In this document: positions 12,430-25,590 of the stretch, piece after piece
Layout of the letters: each line of letters starts with the position of its first letter
Numbering within the stretch: the first letter of the stretch is position 1
Assembly (NCBI RefSeq): GCF_006345805.1
Contig: NC_042999.1
Location: 5,456,001-5,520,000 of the forward strand
DNA from: Octopus sinensis
Taxonomy: Eukaryota
Direction of reading: 5' to 3'
DNA length: 64,000 bases
Made by a program: the position numbers and the translations under genes
Notes under the pieces: model-generated
Told to the model about the DNA's origin: nothing
Database searches by the model: none
Seen by the model: the letters and a program-made list of their open reading frames with translations, nothing else

Positions 12430-13675
12430 CACAGGTTGAAGAAAATAATGGAACACCAAGCATCATAGAATCATAATTTTGAAATATCTATAAAACCATC
12501 AAAAGCTTGTTTATTTTTGTTTTTTGATTTATTACTAGTGTTGCTTAATATTTTTGCTAAAATTGTTGCTTCTTTTCAGATATCATCAGAAAATGTAATT
12601 AAAATTCATTAAAATGACAGATCTACCGGACTTTCAAAGAGCTCAAATTGTTGGTGCTCGTATGGCAGGCGCTAGCGTAACGAAAACAGCCGAAATGTTT
12701 GGTGTATCAAGAAGTACTTTCTTGAAAGTAATGACAGCCTTTGGGAAAGAGGGAAAACATCCTCGTCGAAGAAAACCAAAACTTTCACGTAGACACCGTT
12801 GGACTCTTACGCGTATTTTTAGAAAGTACAGCTCCCAAAATTACTGCAGGGTTTAATGACCACCTCGAGAACCCAGTTTCCACAAAAACCGCTTACCGGG
12901 AGCTGCACAAAGCCGGATTTCACGGGAGAGGGTTGCAATCAGAAAACCACTACTTTCAAAAACAAAAGTTGCAAAGCGTTTAGAGTGGAGTAAAAACCTA
13001 CAGAATTAGTCCCTAGAGCAGTGGAAGAATGTTATTTTCTCGGACGAGTCTTCCTTTACCTTATTTCCGACCACTGGCTGAGTATACGTGTGGAGACAGC
13101 CAAAAGAAACAATTAACCCAGACTGCCTTCTTCCAGCTGTTAAACATGGAGGAGGAACTGTGATGATCGGGGGGAGGGGGGCTATATCTTGGAAACCGCC
13201 GGCCCAATGGTTTCCCTTCATGGTAGAATTAATAGTCAAGACTATTTAAGCATTTTATCTCATCAAGTTCATCCTATGGTTGCAGAACTGCTTCCGGAGG
13301 GAAATGCCATCTTTCAGGATCATAATGCACCAATTCACACAGCTAAAGTTGCTACTGAATGACACGAGGAACATTCTAGTGAAGTTGAACATCTTATCTG
13401 GCCACCACAGTCCCCAGATCTCAATATTATTGAGCATTTATGGTGCATTTTAGAAAAACAAGTAAGGATTCGATATCCTCCACCTTCATCACTACAAGAA
13501 CAGGAGTTTGTTTTAGCTGAAGAATAGACAAAAATTCTTTTGGAAACAATTCAAACTTTGTACGAATCCATACCTCGTAGAATTCAAGCTGTAATTACTG
13601 CCAAAGGCGGTCTTACCCTATATTAAAATTAATTTGTTTGAAATTTTAAGGTGTTTCCATTATTTTGACCAACCC

Positions 13676-13678
<3 letters not shown>
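12430..13678 (+). mobile_element. Full-length decayed Tc1-family transposon (DD34E-type)
   Basis: TIR AATAATGGAACACC / GGTGTTTCCATTATT..CCCCTG|TA. Frameshifted transposase MTDLPDFQRAQIVGAR, VIFSDESSF, IFQDHNAPIH, WPPQSPDLNIIEHLW. Confidence 0.92.
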
Positions 13679-13726
<48 letters not shown>

Positions 13727-13744
13727 TATGTTTTATATATATAT

Positions 13745-13950
13745 AGTTAATCCAAACATGAAAACACAACAACGCGAGGACGTGGAACAAGTATAGTGTT
13801 ATTGGACGCTCAGGAAAGAAGGAAAGAAGGAGGGTTTAACGTTTCGAGCGGGGGCTCTTTGTCAGAACATAGGAAAAGGAAAGATCCAAAGAAGGGAAGA
13901 TGGAGGGAAATAAATCGCCAACGGTACACACGCGGTCACATTTTGAATCA
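13745..13950 (-). mobile_element. Short PLE-like end, family B, with degenerate hammerhead (CUGACAA core) at 13834-13868
   Basis: Reverse complement of 25325-25525; abuts (TA)n. Confidence 0.7.
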
Positions 13951-14340
13951 TATATATACACACACACACACACACCACACACACACCACACACACACACA
14001 CACAACACATATTATATATATATATATATATATTATAATATATATGTATATATATATTATATATGTATATATATATAATATATATATATATTATATATAT
14101 ATATTATATATATATATATATAATATATATATAAATACACACACACACACACACAGGAGCTAGTTCTTAACAAAGATGCAAAGCTTCATCGTTGGAATGT
14201 GGATAACGAAAACAATGTCGTATTTTAAACCTTGCAAAGTTTTACCATTCCGCCAATAGACTGTATTTGCAATGTACGGGCCAGTTGGTTGATTTTGGTC
14301 TGTCTGTCTGTCTTTATGTTTGTGTGTGTATGTGTGTGTG

Positions 14341-15960
14341 TGTCATTATTCAGTTTATTTCAAGATTTCTTGCCAATAGAGAAAGAACCGGTTTCTAACC
14401 TAGATCCAAGGTTCCTTCATTGGAATTTCAACATCAACCACAAAGTATTTTTGTATGTATGTATGTATGTATGTATGTATGTATGTATGTATGTATGTAT
14501 GTATGTCAGGTTACTTTCGAGTGCTGCTGGTAACATGTAACCCAGTACAACCTGTTGCATGGTCGGGTCGTCGGCGAATAAACCGGCAACGCCACCAAGC
14601 TTGCTTGGTGAGGAGGGTGTTTATTAGACACCCTGCGGTATGAAAAACAAAACCTGTCAAAGGGCGGAGGAACTCGAGAGTCAACGAGCATCCAATAAAT
14701 GTCTTAAGGCTGTATCATGCGCGGGGACATAGAAATGATCGGGCTGAATACCCGATCACGCGGTTAAACCATTGGGAGTGAAGGACTCCTAGCTTTTGCT
14801 AGGGCATCCTTCTAGGAGAAGGTAACTCAGGAAACTGGGATAACTCCGACATAAAACCTGCGGCTCAGTGGTTACCGATGATGTTGACTTGTTCTTCTTT
14901 TCGGATTATGGCTGATGTTGCTTAGTGAGTGGGATTAACTCAGTGCACAGCCTTTCCTCACTTTAAAAAAAATCTTCTTGCACAGGCATTGCACGATAAC
15001 AACATTGATTGATTGATTAAATTGATTAATGTATGTATGTAAAGATTTGTATGTTTTATGTATGTATTCTCATGCACATAATTGCATATCTAGACATGCT
15101 CATATATATTTAAATGATAAACTTCAAGAAAGTTTTACAGATTTTTACAGTTCCAGTTATGGACTGGATCTGTAGTCTTCGAATTAGCTTTCTTCTTTCT
15201 GGTTTTGAGAAGCCTAATTTCTCAAGATTGGTATTTAGGCAGTATGTTATATATCTCAGGGCTCCAATAATTACAGATATAAACCTGAACTTGTAATCTG
15301 GATAGATTAACTGCAGATTCCTCAATAGTTCAGCGTAGGTGTTCTCTTTTTCACTGATCTTCAGCTTTATGTTAACATCCGCTTGGCAGCTAACTTCCAC
15401 ACCTGTGCACAGTTTCTCTTCTCTATCCCAAATCATTATATCAGGTCTGTTGTGCTTACATTTTATTGAGGTCTTTACTGAGACATTCCATCAGTATTCC
15501 TTTTCATTATGAGTGGCTATGGCTTCTACCATATTGTAGGTTCTTATTTCTTTGTCCTAAGGGTTATCCTTCAGACGGATTTCATTATAGAGTATCCTAG
15601 CTACAACATCATGTCTCATCGGTAGATAATACCGTGATGACATTTTCAGACAACCACTTATGATGTGAACTCCGCAAAGTCTGCCTTCGGTTGTCACATT
15701 TTACAGGTTTTTCCCGCATCTCTCTTTCGTGTATCCTGTTCCTAGATTGCAAACACATACCCTTCAAAGTGGGACGTAGTAATCCGGCTATTGGTCCGTG
15801 ATAAACTGCTTTGATGATGTTACAATCATCACGAAGCTTTCTACTAACATATCCATGCATAGTCTTCTGCTCATATATGCTCATCCTTTCATCTGATAAT
15901 ACGTTGCTGTAGAGTCGTGCGACTTCTTTGGGCATGTATTCTAGGTTATCAGACAAAGAG
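14341..15960 (-). mobile_element. R4/Dong-like non-LTR retrotransposon 3' part (zinc knuckle plus restriction-like endonuclease), 3'UTR interrupted at 14506-15030
   Basis: HIISGC..RHDVVA, KHNRPDIMIWDREEK..VEVSC..D.N..EK..Y..L, VIIGAL; the same 3'UTR is contiguous at 48372-48812. Confidence 0.8.
14506..15030 (+). mobile_element. Hairpin-rich non-coding retroposon with (ATTG)n tail and an RTE-5'UTR-like motif
   Basis: Inserted in (TATG)n; contains GGGCATCCTTCTAGGAGAAGGTAACTC and four stem-loops. Confidence 0.45.
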
Positions 15961-16103
15961 TGTTGCTCAAGGAGCTGCCTTCCAAGTCTTATGATGTTAT
16001 TAGCTTCATGTATGCTAACTTGGTCAAGGGATGCTCCTCGACACTTGGTAGTTAAAAGATGTTGCCGAAGGGATATGATGCGACATTCAAAGGCATTTTA
16101 TAT

Positions 16104-16470
16104 GCATGTATGTATGTATGTATGTATGTATGTATGTATGTATGTATGTATGTATGCATGTATGTATGTATGTATGTATGTATGTATGTATGTATGTATG
16201 TATGTACGTACGTATGTACGTATGTACGTATTATGTATGTATGTATGTATGTATGTATGTATGTATGTATGTATGTATGTATGTATGTATGTATGTATTC
16301 TCATGCATATAGTTACATATCTAGACATGCTCGTATGTATGTATGTATTATGTATGTATGTATGTATGTATGTATGTTTGCCTGTATGTATGCATGTATG
16401 TTTGCCTGTATGTATGCATGTATGTTTGCCTGTATGTATGCATGTATGTTTGCCTGTATGTATATATGTA
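16104..16470. repeat. (TATG)n compound microsatellite
   Basis: Read directly from the sequence; source of the MYVC ORFs. Confidence 0.97.
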
Positions 16471-16927
16471 TGTGTGTGTGTGTGTGTATTTCCCAGTAAC
16501 AAAGCCGACCTTGGAACTAAGCAACTGCATGCAAATGTATAAAACAAAATGATTAAAATATGGTCGACGCTAGAAGTATGAAAAGCGGCGATAACAACTG
16601 CTGGACATATACGGTTGTATAATCACAACCGACCAACTTTTTGCGGAAATAATGCTTTCCTGAAAAGTATGTTCTGGAATTTCGGGCGGAAATGTCATAA
16701 CCTCTGTGGAATTCTGACGGAAATCTTTCGTAAAGATAAAAACATGCTTTATAACTTTTGTGCCGAAAAATAAAATATCTTTTCAACTTCCACAATGTGT
16801 GTGTGTGTGTGTGTGTGTTTGTGTGTGCACATATATATATATAATATTTTAAGAGAAATGCATCAGGAAATAAATAAGAATTCGCTAATATCGTAGAAGA
16901 GTAAGTTCTGACCACAAAAGTGGTATA

Positions 16928-17342
16928 CTCTTTACTCTTTACTCTTTACTCTTTTACTTGTTTCAGTCATTTGACTGCGGCCATGCTGGAGCAACGCCTT
17001 TAGTCGAGCAAATCGACCCCGGGACTTATTCTTTGTAAGCCCAGTACTTATTCTATCGGTCTCTTTTGCCGAACCGCTAAGTTACGGGGACGTAAACACA
17101 CCAGCATCGGTTGTCAAGCAATGCTAGGGGGACAAACACAGACACACAAACACACACACACATATATATACATATATACGACAGGCTTCTTTCAGTTTCC
17201 GTCTACCAAATCCACTCACAAGGCATTGGTCGGCCCGGCGCTATAGCAGAAGACACTTGCCCAAGATGCCACGCAGTGGGACTGAACCCGGAACCATGTG
17301 GTTGGTTAGCAAGCTACTTACCACACAGCCACTCCTGCGCCT
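16928..17342 (-). mobile_element. SINE family 1, full length
   Basis: As other copies. Confidence 0.92.
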
Positions 17343-19625
17343 ATGTAACGATTGAAGATTTGTTTGATGAAGTTTGAGATTCTTCATTGTGTAAGGATGA
17401 AAGAACAGTGATTGAAGTTGTGAAGAAAATATTTATTTTTACCGTTACATTATACAATACCTTGCCTCGACGGGCAGGTGATAAAATCCTAGAGCATGCG
17501 AAGTGAAAAAGTTAATTTCGGCCTGTCTGTTCTTATTGTAGTAGTAAACCATAGAGAGAGAGAGAGATATGGTAATGTGCAGAGAAGAGAAAGTGAGAGA
17601 GTGTGGGAAGTTGGGTCTCGTATAGTCGCTGATTCCAAACTTCTTTCTTTTTCCCTCTGGCCGTTTGTCTGCCTACTTGTGGCCATGATTCTAGTGGTCG
17701 GTTCACTAGTTGATGTCAGCTCTCTCTCTCTCAACTCACGAGTTGTCACCAAGTGACTAACTGATTTTTGCTTGGGAGTTCTTGTTTTTATAACTATCCA
17801 GAAGGATAGACATATCGATGAGAACAATGGATTTAGTTGGTGGTACTTGTAATCTTAATTCTAGCTTTTGGTGGTCTATAAGAGGTTAGAAGGGTCAAGA
17901 GGCGAAGACATTGTTTCGGCCTAGCTAAAGGCATCTGGCATATGTAAAACTGCTGTCACTGAAAAAAAGACATTGTTCCACCGCGAGAAAAGTTCTGTTG
18001 AACTGTTACTTGAAATTTGGCTATGGTGGATCGAATCCACTTCATGCCTGCAAGATCCATTACATATATATACGAGGATGTATCTTAAAGATATGCATTC
18101 GCCAGTAGGGAATCTCAGTGAAAATGAGGTCCAACATTTGGAAAGATTGTGGTGGCTTTCGTTCCGTGTTGCTCATGATGAAAGACAATTTGGTGCCATG
18201 ATGTTCCCATGATATGTGTATTTGATATAAGGGGATAAGAGTAGATGCCGACCATAATCGTTAGATAACAATATGGATGCCGATAGTTGCATATGTTTAG
18301 AGGTGGAATGTTAAAGTGCAAAGGTAAGGTAGAAGACAGATTTCTTTATTGACTATGCAGGGCCGAACACTGAAGGGACAAAATACAAAGTAGAGCTTTT
18401 CTTTTGGGAAGAAGAGAAGGAAAAAAATCAACGGATGTGATGCCTATGGTAGAAACGGTTATATTGTCTTCCCATTCTGAGATGTTAGTATTTGATTCCA
18501 GGCGGGCTTGGCTGCTATTTTCGATCAAGTCAATCGACCACATAAAGTTTTCCTCGAGACTCACGTGGATAGAGGGAGAGTCTACTGAAAAATCAAAAAT
18601 CCGACCATTCCAGATTTAGTTTAACATCAAAATCTAGCAGAGATTCGATGTGAACGTTGTGAATGCGTAAAACTGGTTGAAGCTATAAGTCCTAATATCT
18701 ATTAGGATATGAAATTGTAAGCCTTAAATATTTGATGGTAACAAACGTCTCTAAACGTCTATTGTGTAGTTGTGTCTCCGCAAAAAGAGTTACATTTATT
18801 TAATAGTTTTACAGTCTTTTGTAATTCGGACAAGATTTTGATTTAGCCATGATTTTCCAGTTCAAATTGCATGGTATGTTCTTATTTCTCAAATCTTCAA
18901 TAAAAGTAGCGTGTAAAATTGTTGCTATATGAATATATGCGTTGTTAGAATTGAAACTTTAAAGGATTGATAGTAAGGCTTGACAGTAAGGCTTAAGCAG
19001 AGTTGTGAGGTTTTCTATCATATACCATGTCTTTGATTTCAAACCTTTCTTTATGGTAGCTTCGTATTTTATATCTAAAATCCATAATTGTCACCATAAA
19101 CAAGCAAACCATAGAACACATTGTAGATAACCAAGATACAAATTTTCAATATGAACAAAAATTTTAAACTCCACGACTCAAACTGTTACATGAGTCACAC
19201 AAGTACAACACTTTATCGACGATTGACCATGCATTAACAACAAAGAGCCAGTGTCACTCCTTATAACGAAGCATATGAAATCAAATTGCGTAGAAAAGCA
19301 GCAACTTACCGTATTCCAGTTTTATGGACAATTGTAGAAAAGAAGAAGAATAACCACAGCGGTTCCACCAATAATAAACTACTAACCAAAAAATAAGGAA
19401 ATCTTCCTGGGTTTACTATTTCTTGATTTTATGTCCAGTGGTGAGGATTTTTTTTCATTTATAAAATTATTTCCCAAGATTCTTTGAGACTAACCGCAGA
19501 ACACGTGACAAGGCGCTATCCTAACAGTTTATTGGGAAAATGAGTTTGTGAGGGTCTAAACCAATTATAAAAGATGAATAAGAAAATAATTTGAGCATAG
19601 TCGTGTTTACACAGACTCACACACA

Positions 19626-19676
<51 letters not shown>

Positions 19677-20154
19677 ATTTAAAACGTGATTCTTTCAGTT
19701 TCCGTTGACCAAATCTACTTACAAGGTTATATATATATATATATACGCACACATGCACAAACTCCAACTAGACGTCCGGTATTGGTGTGTTTATGTCCCC
19801 GTGACTGAGCACCTCAGCAAAAGGTACCGACAGAATAAGTACTGGGAACGATTCATTCGTCTAAAAATTCTTCAACGCGGTGCCCCAGTATGGCCGCAGT
19901 CAAATGACTAAAAGATGCAAAAGAAAAAATAAAAGATATATTGAGTTTTGAAAGAGAAATCCAATCCAACATTTGAAGGGGATGTGTTATGGCGGTAAAT
20001 GGCAGAGTATTCCGCTGACACCCATTTGTGAGTTGTTAATGCTTAGCTTCGTGTCAGCTCTGAAGAAGCAGATCGAATGTCAACGGCATTCCAACTGCGA
20101 CCATTCCATCTTATTTTCAGCGAACATATCCTAAGATTATATTATCTAATGTCA

Positions 20155-20930
20155 AAGCAGCAAGCTGGCGGAATCGTTAGCACGCCGGATGAAATACATA
20201 GCGGTATTTCGTCTATCATTACATTCTGAGTTCAAATTCCGCCGAGGTCGACTTTACCTTTCATCCTTTTGGGGTCGATAAATTAAGTACCAGTTGCTCA
20301 CTGGGGTCGATGTAATCGACTTAATCCGTTTGTCTGCCCTTGTTTGTCCTCTCTATGTTTAGCCCCTTGTGGGTAGTAAAGAAATAGGTATTTCGTCTGT
20401 CTTTACATTCTGAGTTCAAATTCCGTCGAGGTCGACTTTACCTTTCATCCTTTTGGGGTCGATAAATTAAGTACCAGTTGCTCACTGGGGTCGATGTAAT
20501 CGACTTAATCCGTTTGTCTGCCCTTGTTTGTCCTCTCTGTGTTAAGGCCCTTGTGGGTAGTAAAGAAATAGGTATTTCGTCTGTCTTTACATTCTGAGTT
20601 CGAATTCCGTCGAGGTCGACTTTGCCTTTCATCCTTTCGGGGTCGATAAATAAAGTACCAGTTACGCACTGGGGACGATGTAATCGACTTAATCCGTTTG
20701 TCTGTCCTTGTTTGTCCTCTCTATGTTTAGCCCCTTGTGGGCAATAAAGAAATAGGTATTTCGTCTGTCTTTACATTCTAAGTTCGAATTCCGTCGAGGT
20801 CGACTTTGCCTTTCATCCTTTCGGAGTCGATAAATTAAGTACCAGTTGCGTACTGGGGTAGATCTAATCGACTGGCCCCCTACCCAAAATTTCAAGCCTT
20901 GTGCCTAGAGTAGAAAAGAATCATTAACAT
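20155..20930 (+). mobile_element. SINE family 2: one head followed by about four tandem 184-bp bodies
   Basis: GTATTTCGTC unit starts at 20204, 20388, 20572 and 20756. Confidence 0.9.
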
Positions 20931-21601
20931 GCCGGGCAAATTGCTTAGCAGCATTTCGTCCGTCCTTACGTTCTGAGTTCAAATTCCGTCGAAGTCGACT
21001 TTGCCTATCATCCCTTTCGGGGTCGATGCAAGTACCAGTCGAGCACTGGGTCAATGTAATCCCCCAAATTTCAGGCCTTGCGCCTATAGTAGAAACGGTT
21101 ATATTGTCTTGCCATTCTGAGATGTTAGTGTTCGATTTCAGGCGGGCTTGGGTGCTATTTTCGATCAAGTCAATCGACCACAAAAAGTTTTCCTCGAGAC
21201 TCACGTGGGGAGAGGGAGAGTCTACTGAAAATCAAAAATCCGACCATTCCAGATTTGGCTTAACATCAAAATCTTGCAGAAATTCGATGTTATTGTTTGG
21301 TTGTGAAAATTTTTTAACATTTTTTTTTTAAAGGTCAACATTTAAAAGCAGGTTTTATTCATAGAAAATGTTTTTGAAATCATTTTTATATTGAATAAAA
21401 GAGTATAAGATCAATTGTAATAAATATATTTTCGGAATTCATCGATCTGATATGATTGATTTTAACGGAGATCGAATCATATAACAAAAGAATGAAAACG
21501 TCAATAAAAAAAAAGCTGAAATTATTGTAAGAATCAATATTTGTTTCTTTTGGGGAGGGACGGTTGGTTGACGGGTCAAATGAAGTCGGCCGGGGTGGAA
21601 T

Positions 21602-22008
21602 ACTCTCTTTTACTCTTTTACTCTTTTACTTGTTTCAGTCATTTGACTGCGGCCATGCTGGAGCACCGCCTTTAATCGAGTAACTCGACCCCGGGACTTA
21701 TTCTTTTTGTAAGCCCAGTACTTATTCTATCGGTCTCTTTTGCCGAACCGCTAAGCAACGGGGACATAAACACACCAGCATCGGTTGTCAAGCAATGCTA
21801 GGGGGACAAACACACACACATATATACATATATATACATATATACGACAGGCTTCTTTCAGTTTCCGTCTACCAAATCCACTCACAAGGCATTGGTCGGC
21901 CCGGGGCTATAGCAGAAGACACTTGCCCAAGATGCCACGCAGTGGGACTGAACCTGGAACCATGTGGTTGGTTAGCAAGCTACTTACCATACAGCCACTC
22001 CTGCGCCT
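21602..22008 (-). mobile_element. SINE family 1, full length
   Basis: As other copies. Confidence 0.92.
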
Positions 22009-22964
22009 AGAAAGCGCAGTAAAACCTCAAACAATAATTTCAAAATGTAAAATTGCATAAAGGTTAACGTTCCGTAATTGTAACCTGCATGAAATAACCG
22101 TTCATCCTTTGACTGGGGGATTATTCAGAAGATAAAGGATCACTGGAAGATAGTTAGTTCCATCAATTATTTGTGTTAGATACCTATTTCTTTACTACCC
22201 ATAAGGGGTTAAACATAGAGGGGACAAACAAAGACAGACAAACGGATTAAGTCGATTACATCGACCCCAGTGCGTAACTGGTATTTATTTAATTGACCCC
22301 GAAAGGATGAAAGGCAAAGTCGACCTCGGCGGAATTTGAACTCAGAACGTAACACGAGGGTATTCTTTTCTTCTTTTATATGTTTCAGTCCAATGACTGT
22401 GGCCATGCTGGATCACCGCCATTGTGATCATCTTTCCACCTTCCACCTTTGTCGGAGCGGCTTCTGGTGAAGGATGGAGTTCGATGCTACTGCCTTCTTT
22501 TGAGTTTCTTGCTTAGATATTGGCTCATCCGGGATCTCGGCGAGCCAGAGTTCAAGTTGACCTTTGAAAACGTCTACATCCACTCCATGGAGTCTCCTCA
22601 GATGCTTCGGCAGACAGTATTATCACGTTGGTCATAGAATGAAAGAAATGCGATGCTAGTGGTTGGATGGGGTTCTGATTACATATAAACGATGCGCAAC
22701 ACTCATAAACAATTAACAGAACTTTATCCACAGCACAAACTATTTTCCTTGTTGGTTTTGGATTGAAAATACAACAAAGCTTATACACTGAATGGACAAT
22801 TCTGTAGTTCTTATAAAATAGTTGGTCAAGTGGGACCTGTGCCAATAAGTGATTGTTGCTATCGGCTTTAGAATATTGAGAGTTGTTGCCCTGGCAGCTA
22901 ATAAAGTAAGTCCAACCACTTTGGTTTGAATGTAGTAAATGTAATAAACTTTATCACTTCGTCG

Positions 22965-23101
22965 CAGGGGCAGACTGAGAGTATTAAGGGCCCTCGGACA
23001 TAACTGTTTACTGGGCCCCTTAGCATTGATATTAGTAGAGTTGACATGTAGAGTGCGGGCCTCGTCAGAGCCCGACTGACCGACGGCTCAGTCCGCCCCT
23101 G
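22965..23101. mobile_element. 137-bp hAT-type MITE
   Basis: TIR CAGGGGCAGACTGAG / CTCAGTCCGCCCCTG; 8-bp TSD CTTCGTCG / TTTCGTCG. Confidence 0.85.
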
Positions 23102-23199
23102 TTTCGTCGTGTAGTTTTGTATCTAATCACAGGTTTAGCCAGAACAGCACAGAGCTTTTTATTATTACAATTACATTCTCATCTCACATGCTTTACTGA

Positions 23200-23500
23200 C
23201 TTAATTCGGCCCACGATCGTAAGGTCGTGAGTTCAATTCCCGGCAACACGTTGTGTCCTTGAGCAAGACACTTTATTTCACTTTATTGCTCCAGTCCACT
23301 CAGCTGGCAAAAATTAGTCGTACCTGTATTTCAAATGGCCGGCCTGGTCACACTCTGTGTCACACTGAATCTCCTTGAGAACTACATTTTGGGTACACGT
23401 GTCTGTGGAGTGCTCAGCCACTTGCTTGTTAATTTCACGAGCAAGCTGTTCCGTTGATCCGATCAGCTGGGACTTTCGTCGTCGTAACCGACGGAGTACT
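23200..23500 (+). mobile_element. tRNA-type SINE (head Z plus tail Y)
   Basis: 5' part matches 45772-45920; 3' part matches 36160-36342. Confidence 0.8.
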
Positions 23501-23544
23501 CCTACTGACTTAATCAATATAGAGTACTACCCACGTGGCGCGCT

Positions 23545-24310
23545 GTCAGAGTAAAATGCTTAGCGGCATTCCGTCTGTCTCTACGTTCTGAGTTCAAACT
23601 CCGCCTAGATCGACTTTGTCTTTCATCCTTTTGGGGTCGATAAATTAAGAAGCAGTCAAGTACTGGGATCGAAGTGATCGATTGTCACCCTCCTCACAAA
23701 AATCCAGGCCTTGTGCCTATAGTGGAAAGGAGTATTACAATAACATTCCCATCTCGCATGCTTTACTGGTTCAATCAAAATATGGCGCTGGCAGAATCGT
23801 TAGTACTCCGGACAAAATGCTTAGCGGCATTTCGTTTGTCCTTACATTCTGAGTTCAAATTCCGCTGAGGTCGACTTTGCCTTTTGTCTTTTGTGCGGGT
23901 GGTTGATAAAATAAGCACCAGTCGAATACTGGGGTCCATGTAATTGACTTAGCCAAAATGCTGGCCTTGTGCCAAAATTTGAAATCATTATTATGTAGTA
24001 CTACCAAAGCAGCAAGCTGGCAGAATCGTTAGCACGCCGGACAAAATTCTTAGCGACATTTCGTCCGTCTTTACGTTCTGAGTTCAAATTCCGCCGAGGT
24101 CGACTTTGCTTTTCATCCTTTAGGGGTCGATAGAATAAGTACCAGTTAAGTACTGAGGTTGATGTAATCGACTCATCCCTTTCCCCAAATTTGCTGGCTT
24201 TGTGCCCAAGTTTGAAATCATTATATAGTACTACCGGCCCCAGAAAGATGAAAGGGAAGTTACTTAAGGTAGGATTTGAACTCAGAGCGTAAAAGGGATT
24301 CACGAATGCC
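23545..24310 (+). mobile_element. Cluster of three diverged SINE family 2 copies plus one inverted fragment
   Basis: Core GAGTTCAAATTCCGCCGAGGTCGACTTTG repeated near 23590, 23850 and 24080. Confidence 0.85.
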
Positions 24311-24900
24311 ACAGACTTTTTATCCTCTGAGTAGGGCCAATGAGGGAATGTTGAATAAGACTTACTTTCAAGGCCCCACAAGTGGGTCCGCTCAGAATTC
24401 ATAGGCTTGAGGGTTACTTGTTAATTTTTTTAGGGGAGGGGAACCCGTCAGATATTCTTAAATCCCCGCCTCCTTGATCATCTGAGCTTCAGATCAGCTG
24501 AACTCTCGCCTCTCATTGGTCCTGATTCCAAAAGCTCTGTTAAACCGCCGCCTCTATAACCCAGTTATAGATACAATACTGTTTATCATTGCACCTCATG
24601 AAAATGACTGGTGACACTTGCAATTCTTAGAAACCAGTTTCATGAAGTATTAATCGTATTCCTTCATTTTACATGCTGTCGCTACAATATCAATACTAAT
24701 ATTGACAGCATCATGTGACCTGCCTCAGCAATCCCTTGTAGCCATCTTGAACTACCTCCATTCGGTTCCCTAAGCTTAAAAAGTTCGTTTTACGAGCCTT
24801 CAAAACTTTCAGTTGCATGGAGCCGAATTCCACAGTTATTGAAAAATATATGTAACACTTATGAATGTGCTGAGTGCCAATTTCGTTTGTCTATTCACTC

Positions 24901-24944
<44 letters not shown>

Positions 24945-24948
<4 letters not shown>

Positions 24949-25316
24949 AAATCCATTCTGTCTGTGTGTGTGTGTGTGTGTGTCTTCTAGATCTTGGGCA
25001 TCCCCCATCCGATTGCGCTCAAATTTGATATGTCGATACCGACGGTATCAGGGCGTGTATAAATCTTGAAAAAATTGCAAAAATCGATTCCAGGTGAGAA
25101 TGCGATCGATAAAGTGAATAAAATCGTTTTTCTTTGGAATAGAAAAAAGTCTATCTTTATTTCTTCTTTTGCTGGCGTCTCAAATTTAGGTTAAATCAGT
25201 GATTCTCAAAGGAGAGGCCTATGGGACGGTCGGACAAGTTGTTTTGGGAAAGTTTGTTTTAAATATTTGACAACTCAGTACCGTCCGTTGGACGCGGAAG
25301 GGCGTTTTGCTCGAGT
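24945..25316 (+). mobile_element. Non-autonomous Helitron-like element (second copy about 25580-25950)
   Basis: 5' TATATAAAATCCATTCTGTC(TG)n; 3' hairpin CGTCC-GTT-GGACG followed by a CTAG-like end (GCTCGAGT). Confidence 0.55.
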
Positions 25317-25387
25317 ATATATACCGTGTGTATCGTTGGCGATTTTTTTCCTACGTCTTCCCTTCCTTGGACCTTTCCTTTTCCTAC

Positions 25388-25422
25388 GTTTCTGACGAAG
25401 AGCTCCGCTCGAAACGTTAAAT
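25388..25422 (+). ncRNA. Minimal type I hammerhead ribozyme candidate, family B
   Basis: GUUU CUGACGA A GAG-CUCCG-CUC GAA ACGU U AAAU. Confidence 0.65.
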
Positions 25423-25520
25423 CCTCCTTCTTTCTTTCCTTTCCTGAGCGTCCAATAACACTATACTTGTTCCACGTCCTCGCGTTGTTGTGTTTTCTCT
25501 TAGTGTTTTCATGTTTGGAT

Positions 25521-25590
<70 letters not shown>

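Noticed and set aside
15928-16552. MYVC, YIYI, HTHT and poly-I/N ORFs here and throughout the window
   Set aside because: These are translations of (TATG)n, (TA)n, (CA)n and (AAT)n microsatellites.
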